Below, in pieces: positions 44,740-52,180 of a stretch of 64,000 nucleotides of DNA (the stretch's first letter is position 1; every line of letters starts with the position of its first letter). Origin of the DNA: an uncultured Pseudomonadales bacterium. Lineage in GTDB: Bacteria; Patescibacteriota; Microgenomatia; UBA1400; Chazhemtobacteraceae. The stretch covers positions 68,878-132,877 of the forward strand of contig CAZUBK010000001.1 in the NCBI GenBank assembly GCA_964618725.1. The letters are read 5' to 3'. A program made the position numbers and the translations under genes. Below the pieces are notes generated by a model. The model had not been told where the DNA came from. It did not search any database and worked only from the letters and a program-made list of their open reading frames with translations.

Positions 44740-45300
44740 ATGTTCGGCCTAATTAAGAGAATCGGTAACTTTTTTATGGACATCATTGAGGTCTTTGTCG
44801 TCTCGATGTCGGTCTTCATTGTCGTATACCTGTTTCTGATGCAACCGCATCAAGTAAAAGGCAACTCGATGTACCCTACCTTTCATGACGGGGAGTATCT
44901 CATGACCGACAAGATCACATATCGGCGGAGAACACCAATGAGAGGGGATGTAGTGGTCTTTAAGGCACCGATTAACGAAGACTTTGATTTCATTAAGCGA
45001 GTGATTGGTGAACCAGGTGATCGAGTTAGGGTCCAGGGCGGAAAGGTATATATAAATGGTGAGTTACTCCAAGAGGACTATTTACCTCCTGAATATGTCA
45101 CCAGAGCGGGACGGTATATGAGAGAGGGTCAGGAGGTAGTAGTGGAGGAAGGAACGTGGATAGTGTTTGGAGATAACCGGGATCACAGTAGTGACAGTCG
45201 AGAGTGGGGAGCGGTGCCATTGGACAACTTTGTGGGGAGGGGGTTCTTCAGATATTGGCCTCCAAATAAAGCAGGGGTCATTGTTGACCCGGCATATTAA
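44740..45300 (+). CDS. lepB: Signal peptidase I
   Basis: GNSMYPT, FIKRVIG, GDNRDHSSDSR. Confidence 0.95.
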   Translation: MFGLIKRIGNFFMDIIEVFVVSMSVFIVVYLFLMQPHQVKGNSMYPTFHDGEYLMTDKITYRRRTPMRGDVVVFKAPINEDFDFIKRVIGEPGDRVRVQGGKVYINGELLQEDYLPPEYVTRAGRYMREGQEVVVEEGTWIVFGDNRDHSSDSREWGAVPLDNFVGRGFFRYWPPNKAGVIVDPAY

Positions 45301-45316
45301 GTGTCTTGATGGGATA

Positions 45317-46162
45317 TTATTCGCTTCCTGTTGCGTCCATTTCAAACTTGATTCCAGCTAAGGCCTCGTAAATACGATGAATTTGAACAGTGGTTTCTTC
45401 CGGCTTGCCTTTAAGGGCAATACTAATGGCAGTTTCGATGCGAGAACGGCGGATCTTAACCTTGGAGTTCTTGCCAAAGCCTTGTTGAAGCTGTTTGGCC
45501 ATAAGGTCAATCTCTTCACTCAAGACCTGGGGGTGAATGTTTTGAGTCTTGCTTTTGTCTTTGAGATTTTTGAAACGGCGGGCGAGCTCTTCGGCGCGTC
45601 TAACCGAGCCAGATTCACGTAGGATTATCTTGTAGGCCTCAATCATTAGTTGGGGATCCTGGATGGCAGCCAGAGCCCGTGCGTGGCCTTCAGAGATGAT
45701 GCCAGAGATGAGTCCGTCTTTGAGGGCATCGGGGAGTTGGAGCATTTTGAGGGTATTGCTGATATAGGCGGGGCTTTTACCGATTCTTTTGCTGACTTCG
45801 AGATTGCTTAAACGGAATTCAGTAATAAGGCGCTCGAAGGACTTGGCCCGATCGACTGGGTTTAGGTCAGTACGCTGAACATTCTCGACAATGGCCATTT
45901 CAAGCATGCCCTGAGGAGTGGTTTCTTTTATATGTACGGGAACTTCGGGGAGACCAGCGAGCTTGGCAGCACGCCAACGGCGCTCTCCGGCGATGATTTG
46001 ATAACCAGCGGGGGTGTGAGCCACGACGAGGGGTTCGATGATACCATGAATCTTGATAGAGTCGACAAGGTCAGCGAGAGAGTCATAGGTGATGACGCCG
46101 CGGGGCTGTAAAGGGTTTGGTTGAAGATAGTCTACTGGGAGAAAGCTGGGTTTGTCGCTCAT
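45317..46162 (-). CDS. parB: ParB/Spo0J partition protein
   Basis: PNPLQPR, IIAGERRWRA, ENVQR, GHARAL. Confidence 0.93.
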   Translation of the reverse strand: MSDKPSFLPVDYLQPNPLQPRGVITYDSLADLVDSIKIHGIIEPLVVAHTPAGYQIIAGERRWRAAKLAGLPEVPVHIKETTPQGMLEMAIVENVQRTDLNPVDRAKSFERLITEFRLSNLEVSKRIGKSPAYISNTLKMLQLPDALKDGLISGIISEGHARALAAIQDPQLMIEAYKIILRESGSVRRAEELARRFKNLKDKSKTQNIHPQVLSEEIDLMAKQLQQGFGKNSKVKIRRSRIETAISIALKGKPEETTVQIHRIYEALAGIKFEMDATGSE

Positions 46163-46407
46163 TGAGAGACGGTAATAAATTTCTTACCCATTCTGGTCAA
46201 GAAACTAACGACACCATTTTGCATCGCGTAAATAGTGAAATCTTTACCGATACCTGTGCCGGTGCCTGAGTGGAACTTGGTCCCGCGTTGACGAACAATG
46301 ATTTGTCCAGTTTTAATTTTTTGGCTACCGTAGATTTTGACTCCAAGACGCTTCCCAGCGCGTTGTGAGTGTTGACGGGCCTTACCACCGGCTTTGACGT
46401 GTGACAT
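46159..46407 (-). CDS. rpmA: 50S ribosomal protein L27
   Basis: KRLGVK, IIVRQRGTK. Confidence 0.96.
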   Translation of the reverse strand: MSHVKAGGKARQHSQRAGKRLGVKIYGSQKIKTGQIIVRQRGTKFHSGTGTGIGKDFTIYAMQNGVVSFLTRMGKKFITVSQ

Positions 46408-46424
46408 TTTTGATTAATTAAGTG

Positions 46425-47537
46425 TTATTTTTTCTCGAAGAGAAGAATTCTGCGAATGATACTTGCCCCCTCGCGGGTGAAGTCCAGATCCGACTGCAAA
46501 CAATTGTAGCCTAAGTTTTCACAAGTGTCAATGAACTCAGCTACCCAGCGGGTGGCCTGGCGGCTAGCTGTGAAAATTGGGTAACAGAAGACGATTCTAC
46601 CCTTGGGGGGCAAAATATTTATCCAGTCCTTGAAAGCGCCAATGTAGAGTTTCTGAAGACCTTTTTGCAGACCGGTTATTTGTGTCAGACGGGGATTGGG
46701 CGGACCAAGAGTAGGTTCGGTGACAATAGTATCGACACAAGAGACTTCTTTAGAAATATGGGTAGCATCGGCGACTAAAAGGGTAAGGGCGGACTTGCTT
46801 CCAGCACACGACTGCTCTTTGGGGAGCCACTTCATATTGCTGTTTGTCCCGGTAACTTGTTGAGGCGAGAGATCAGATCCAATGACGCTGATGCCTAGAA
46901 GAGAGGCTTCCATAAGGACAGTGCCTGTACCACAAAAGGGATCAAGAAGAGTGACTCCTTTGGGATCTTTGTCGGCAATGCCAAGATTGACCATGATTCG
47001 GGCGAGTTTGGGCGGTAACATACCTAGTTTTGGGGTAACATAGGGTTTGTTTCTGTCACGGGCGATCCAGTGGCGGAAATTATGACTCCAGACGGTTTTG
47101 TAGAAACGATTCTCTTTGGGGTCAACGAAGATTTCGGTAACTTTCTTTTTTTGGAGGGCGACAGGGGAGAGACCAGTGCTATCCTTGGCGAGAAGATATC
47201 GAGCAATATGACGCTCAAGTAACTCATCTTTTATTTGTTCAGAAAGATCCTTGGTACTCTGGGAAGCGAGAAAGGTGAGACTGAAGTTCTTGGTATCTTT
47301 GAGGAGCTCAAGGAGTTTTTTCTTAAGATCAGAATCATCCTGGTACTCAGCAATCTCTTGTGCGACTTTGATGCTGCCACCTAAGCGGCAAAACTGTTCT
47401 TCACTGAGAGGTTCCTCGGTAGAAAGAGGCAAGATGCTAACTTTGGCCTCACCTAAGGAAGCAGCCGGAAAGATAGCTTTGAGTTCCGCAATTGCGAGCG
47501 GTTTGTTTTGACCTAAAAAGAAGAGATAGCGTGTCAC
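46425..47537 (-). CDS. Trm11/Trm14-like RNA methyltransferase
   Basis: LPPKLARIMVN, LDPFCGTGT, IVTEP. Confidence 0.75.
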   Translation of the reverse strand: MTRYLFFLGQNKPLAIAELKAIFPAASLGEAKVSILPLSTEEPLSEEQFCRLGGSIKVAQEIAEYQDDSDLKKKLLELLKDTKNFSLTFLASQSTKDLSEQIKDELLERHIARYLLAKDSTGLSPVALQKKKVTEIFVDPKENRFYKTVWSHNFRHWIARDRNKPYVTPKLGMLPPKLARIMVNLGIADKDPKGVTLLDPFCGTGTVLMEASLLGISVIGSDLSPQQVTGTNSNMKWLPKEQSCAGSKSALTLLVADATHISKEVSCVDTIVTEPTLGPPNPRLTQITGLQKGLQKLYIGAFKDWINILPPKGRIVFCYPIFTASRQATRWVAEFIDTCENLGYNCLQSDLDFTREGASIIRRILLFEKK

Positions 47538-47854
47538 TTGAGAACTATTTTACTGACTTCCAGAACGGTTTGGGGTTGACGATGGCCAACCTTGCGACGA
47601 TATCGACTCTTGGCCCGGAAACGAGCAGTGGTGACTTTTTCACCCTTGCCTAGTTTAATGACTTTAAGAGAAACGGAAGCGTCTTTAACATAGGGCATGC
47701 CCAGAAGAACTTTGTCATCAACGGTGGCCAGTAGAACTTCGTTTACATTCATGTCTTTACCCTCTTCGGTGTCGACATGTTTGTCGATCTTAAGAGTTTC
47801 GCCTTCGGAGACGAGGTATTGTTTGCCAGCAAGAGAAATAACAGCTTGTGTCAT
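47534..47854 (-). CDS. rplU: 50S ribosomal protein L21
   Basis: AVI..GKQYLV, GHRQ; start at 47854. Confidence 0.95.
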   Translation of the reverse strand: MTQAVISLAGKQYLVSEGETLKIDKHVDTEEGKDMNVNEVLLATVDDKVLLGMPYVKDASVSLKVIKLGKGEKVTTARFRAKSRYRRKVGHRQPQTVLEVSKIVLK

Positions 47855-47899
47855 GGAATATATTTTACAGGACTTGTGGCTAAAGATCAATGGATGTGA

Positions 47900-48263
47900 T
47901 TAGTTTGCTCTTTTCCGTGGAGAATGAGAAAACTTTTTTAGTCCTTTCCAGGTTGGTCTGATTGTTTTTAGAAAGGCAACTATTTTTGAATCAATTTCTT
48001 GATATGGTAACGTCTCCTCTATCAAAATCATGCCGAGAGAGAATTCACTTTTCAGTGGAAGATAGTGTTTTGAGTTTTTAGTAATAATGATTCTTCCTTC
48101 TTTTTTTAGCTGTTAAAGCTACCCTTTCGTCAGTTACGCCGCCAAGATTGGAGTCATGCACGATACTGCGTAGATTATGTAAATTGTTTAACTCAGGGAA
48201 GTTCTCACGTCCTGGAAACATCTCGTCTAGGAGAAGCCTAAATTTGGACGGGTGTTTGACCAT
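47900..48263 (-). pseudogene. DUF5615 PIN-like toxin, frameshifted in an A7 run
   Basis: LLLDEM..DE..A followed in another frame by EGRIIITKNSKHY..GMILI to a stop at 47900; one extra A at 48101-48107. Confidence 0.7.
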
Positions 48264-48483
48264 ATCCGAATTGTTTCATTAGGCTTATGAACTTATCTAC
48301 TTTGTCGTTAGTTAAAGTCGGATATTCCATTAGAATAATCCGACGAGGATAACGACGCCTAAATGTAAGTTCAAAAAGAAGGCTGGCAGGAATGCGTGTA
48401 CCGATGATTACTGGCTCTCCACCAAGAATATCTGGATTACTTATGATTGGATCTTTGAGAGGAAAGTCTGATTGAGTCTTCAT
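48238..48483 (-). CDS. DUF433 antitoxin
   Basis: NPDILGGEPVIIGTRIP..EYPTLT. Confidence 0.88.
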   Translation of the reverse strand: MKTQSDFPLKDPIISNPDILGGEPVIIGTRIPASLLFELTFRRRYPRRIILMEYPTLTNDKVDKFISLMKQFGYGQTPVQI

Positions 48484-48615
48484 AGATTTAGTATATATCA
48501 ATTTTGTTACCAGTGATAAATGATCTCAGGGATCAGACTATTCCATAGATACAGACTAGCCAAATGTAACCCGAACGTCGAAAGTTCCTTTTTTCTGTTA
48601 AAATGATTATTGCTT

Positions 48616-48705
48616 ATGACTAAGAAACTTACAGCGACAAAGATTTCCCACTAGGGGCATAGTAGATATATTTTTTGAACTACTCCCCTCCTAGCGGGGG
48701 GATTT
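48616..48705 (+). promoter_or_regulatory. uORF plus hairpin attenuator upstream of ABC-F
   Basis: uORF MTKKLTATKISH (48616-48654) overlaps the 5' arm of a long stem TCCCACTAGGGG..AGTAG / CTACT.CCCCT.CTAG.GGGGA. Confidence 0.5.
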
Positions 48706-48709
48706 TATT

Positions 48710-50068
48710 ATGATCGGACTAAAATGCGAAAACATCAGCAAATTATACAACCAGCCACTTTTGGACCGGGTAAGTTTGGTATTTAGCGGACGGGGAGTGA
48801 TTGGCTTGATTGGAGACAATGGATGTGGCAAATCTACTTTGCTTAAGATCTTAAGTGGGGAGGAAACACAGTTTGAGGGCAAGTTTTTTTGGAGCCAGGC
48901 GACTCACATTGGCTATATGCCCCAGGAGATAATGGGAGGAGATAGGTTATCGGGGGGACAAAAGAAGATTGAGAAGCTAGCCGAGCTACTTTACTCCGGC
49001 TATTACGACGTTGTGTTATTAGATGAACCGGATAATCACCTGGATTTTGAGGGTAAGGACTGGCTACAAATGGCATTAGAACAATTCCCGGGGCTTGTTA
49101 TCATGATCTCTCATGATCGGGATTTTTTAGCAAAAACGACACAATATACCTGGTTGATTGAAGATAGGCAGATTAGGACATTCCCCTTTGGATACAAGAA
49201 GTTTGAGGAAGTCTATCGTGATGAACAGGAATATCAAAAGAAGCTGTTTGGACTACAGGAGAAGGAAAAGAAAAGATTAGAAGAACTGGTCAAGATCTTC
49301 AGGGTCAGAGCGGCATCAAACAAGAAAAGAGCCGCGGCGTATCACAATATGGTCAAGAGATTGGAGAGACACAACAAAGAAGCGATTGAGGATCCAAAGA
49401 AGCGACTGGCGAGAATATATCTGGATAGCCGGGTAGACAAGAAACAGATCAAGGGTAAGACGGCTATCCTAGTCAAGGACTTGGTCTTCTCGTATGGCGA
49501 CAACAAGGTATTTGATGGGGCTAACCTGCATCTAGCAGTGAAGGACAAAGTCGTCTTGGTGGCACCGAATGGAGCGGGTAAGTCAACACTCATTAAGCTT
49601 CTGCTTGGGCAACTGCAACCAAATGAAGGAGTGGTCAAAATTGGCAACAACCTGGAGATTGGCTATTACTCTCAGGAACACTCTCAGGCATTAGACGAGG
49701 AGAGCACGCCGATAAAACAGTTTATGGATACATATCCTATGTTTGAATACGAAGTAGAAGGGGTGTTGCGTAAATTCCTCTTCACTAAGCAGACGATGAG
49801 ATCAAAGATTGAGTTACTCTCAGGTGGCCAAAAAGCGAGGCTGCAGTTGGCCCTTTTCTTGTATCGGAAGCCAGATATCTTGATTTTGGATGAGCCGACA
49901 AACCACCTGGACATCAAATCAATTCAGGCAATGGAGAACTTCTTAAATGAGTATCAAGGCAGCGTGCTCCTTATCTCCCACGACAAAGAACTAATTGAGG
50001 CTGTAGGTGAAGAAACATTTACGATTAAGAACGGGAGAATTGAGCAGTCTCCACCAACCTATAGTTGA
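48710..50068 (+). CDS. ABC-F ATPase (arm-less, ARE-like)
   Basis: Two NBDs (GDNGCGKS / APNGAGKS, LSGGQ x2, DEPxNHLD x2), no TM. Confidence 0.9.
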   Translation: MIGLKCENISKLYNQPLLDRVSLVFSGRGVIGLIGDNGCGKSTLLKILSGEETQFEGKFFWSQATHIGYMPQEIMGGDRLSGGQKKIEKLAELLYSGYYDVVLLDEPDNHLDFEGKDWLQMALEQFPGLVIMISHDRDFLAKTTQYTWLIEDRQIRTFPFGYKKFEEVYRDEQEYQKKLFGLQEKEKKRLEELVKIFRVRAASNKKRAAAYHNMVKRLERHNKEAIEDPKKRLARIYLDSRVDKKQIKGKTAILVKDLVFSYGDNKVFDGANLHLAVKDKVVLVAPNGAGKSTLIKLLLGQLQPNEGVVKIGNNLEIGYYSQEHSQALDEESTPIKQFMDTYPMFEYEVEGVLRKFLFTKQTMRSKIELLSGGQKARLQLALFLYRKPDILILDEPTNHLDIKSIQAMENFLNEYQGSVLLISHDKELIEAVGEETFTIKNGRIEQSPPTYS

Positions 50069-50153
50069 CTTGGCGTCAAGTTCTGATAGAATAGTCCAAC
50101 TTATTCTTTCATACTGCTTCGTTCCCAGACATGCGAGCGAACCGGAGGAAAAC

Positions 50154-50525
50154 GTGATTCAATTGATGCCGCCAGTGATGAGGCACTATCGTACTTTGAA
50201 CTTGGAGGTTAACTATCGCGGACTTTACTTGAGTATTTTTCAATATGAGGGACGATCCCACGCGCTGAATACTTGGACGATTGAGAAGCTCCCGACAGAC
50301 TTTCTTGAATTGGCCGACGCTATTTTGAGACCAAAAGATAGTGCCACCTATTTACCTTTGGGAGAGTTTAAACATGGACATGTCGAGGGATCTTTAATTG
50401 CTCTTGACAGCGGAATGATTCGCCTTTGGTTTGAAACAAACGATTTATACAGCCCCAAAGAAATTGTCCTTCGCCCGGAAGAACTGCGTACATTAATCGC
50501 CAAAATTCGTGGATATTTCCGCTAA
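50154..50525 (+). CDS. Hypothetical protein
   Basis: GGAGG then GTG at 50154; own terminator at ~50531-50563. Confidence 0.55.
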   Translation: MIQLMPPVMRHYRTLNLEVNYRGLYLSIFQYEGRSHALNTWTIEKLPTDFLELADAILRPKDSATYLPLGEFKHGHVEGSLIALDSGMIRLWFETNDLYSPKEIVLRPEELRTLIAKIRGYFR

Positions 50526-50623
50526 AGGTAAAAAAGGCGATCTTAACCAAGGTCGCCTTTTTTTATGTTTACAACCAAAGTAAGACAAAATGGAACACTT
50601 TAGAAAAAATGTATATTTGACTT

Positions 50624-51097
50624 ATGAGGCAGACAAAATGGTGGCGGCTACCGGTGAGCTTGGCATTGAGCTTTTCTGCGGCAGCAATTGGTGGAGCATA
50701 TACGGCTCAAGGCTTGGGTTCTTGGTACGACACACTTAACAAGCCTTTTTTTCAGCCGCCAGCTTGGGTTTTCGGTCCGGTTTGGACGGTACTGTACTTT
50801 CTGATGGCTGTTTCTTTGTTTCTGGTCTGGAACAAGAGTAGGGGCAATAGACTTCGGGAAGTATGGACTCTGTTTTTGGCCCAGTTGTTTTTGAACATTT
50901 CCTGGACATATATCTTTTTTGCTGCCAAAGAAATCTCTTTGGCGTTTTTGGAGATCGTGATCTTGTGGGTCGTGATCTGGAAGATGAGGCGGGTATATAT
51001 GAAGATAGATAAGACGGCTGGGATGCTACTGGTGCCGTATTTGGCCTGGGTGGGATTTGCCTGCTTACTTAACTTGGCAGTTGTGGTGCTAAATTAG
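50624..51097 (+). CDS. tspO: TspO/MBR tryptophan-rich sensory protein
   Basis: WY..LNKP.F.PPAWVFGPVWTVLY, LLVPYLAWV. Confidence 0.93.
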   Translation: MRQTKWWRLPVSLALSFSAAAIGGAYTAQGLGSWYDTLNKPFFQPPAWVFGPVWTVLYFLMAVSLFLVWNKSRGNRLREVWTLFLAQLFLNISWTYIFFAAKEISLAFLEIVILWVVIWKMRRVYMKIDKTAGMLLVPYLAWVGFACLLNLAVVVLN

Positions 51098-51121
51098 ATA
51101 GGGAGCAATCCTAAAGTCAAG

Positions 51122-52171
51122 TTAATCTAGTTTTTTAGATTTCCTGACCGAGAGAACGAAGCCTAACACTATAGCCGAAGAGAGAATGGAGCTGCCACCG
51201 TAGGAAAAAAGGGGAAGGGTGATACCAGTCACGGGAAGTATCCCCATATTCATGCCGGTATTGATGGCAAATTGGATAAAGAAGAGCCAGAAAGCACCGG
51301 TGATCAAGAGTCGATCAAAAGCGATTAAGTGTTTTGAGAGATGCAAGAGCCAGAGAAGAAGGGTGAGAAAGCTAACAAAAAGTAGCGTTGAGCCAATGAA
51401 GCCAAATTCTTCGGCAAAGGAGGCGAAGGCGAAGTCTGTATGGCGTTCGGGGAGGAAGCGAAGATGAGATTGAGTCCCTTGGCGGACGCCTTTGCCCAGA
51501 ATGCCACCGGAGCCAACGGCGATCATGGCTTGGATGACGTTGTAGCCGCTTCCTCCAGGATCGGAGTAGGGACTGATGAAGGTATGGAGGCGTTGGCGTT
51601 GGTAGTCTTTGAGAAATGTAAAGCCAATAGGAAGAGAGAGTAGGCCGATGAAAAGAAAAATTATTAGCTGTCTGGTGGGAAAGCGGGAGGCGAAAAGCAT
51701 GCCGAACCAGATAGCGATAACGACTAAGCTAGAGCCTAGATCTGGCTGAAGAAAGATTAAGGCGGTTGGGGGAATGAGTAGACCGATTTGATTGATTAAC
51801 CAACGACCGTAACGATAGATGGGCTTGTTGAAACTACTAGCGAAGAAGGCGATGAGGAGGGGCTTGCTAAATTCGGATGATTGAAAGCGAAAAGGACCAA
51901 GGTCAATCCAGCGAACGGAACCCCTGGTGGCGCTACCAAGGATAAAGGTGGCGACGAGGAAGATAAGGGCGAGGATGTAGAGAAAGGGGGCGAGTGACTC
52001 GAGAAGACGGTGATCTAGACGAGACAAAAGGATGACGACTAAGATTCCGGCAAGAAAAAAAGTAAGTTGATTGGGAAATAGATCGGGGTAGGTACTCAAA
52101 ATAGTAGTTAAGCCCAATATCACGATTACTCCCAGACTGATAATCAGCGGAAAAAGGGGGGGTGATTTCAT
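51122..52171 (-). CDS. rodA: SEDS peptidoglycan polymerase RodA
   Basis: RWIDLG..QSSEF.K, QPDLGS, LPERHTDF, PVTGITLP. Confidence 0.88.
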   Translation of the reverse strand: MKSPPLFPLIISLGVIVILGLTTILSTYPDLFPNQLTFFLAGILVVILLSRLDHRLLESLAPFLYILALIFLVATFILGSATRGSVRWIDLGPFRFQSSEFSKPLLIAFFASSFNKPIYRYGRWLINQIGLLIPPTALIFLQPDLGSSLVVIAIWFGMLFASRFPTRQLIIFLFIGLLSLPIGFTFLKDYQRQRLHTFISPYSDPGGSGYNVIQAMIAVGSGGILGKGVRQGTQSHLRFLPERHTDFAFASFAEEFGFIGSTLLFVSFLTLLLWLLHLSKHLIAFDRLLITGAFWLFFIQFAINTGMNMGILPVTGITLPLFSYGGSSILSSAIVLGFVLSVRKSKKLD

Positions 52172-52180
52172 ACAGACAGT

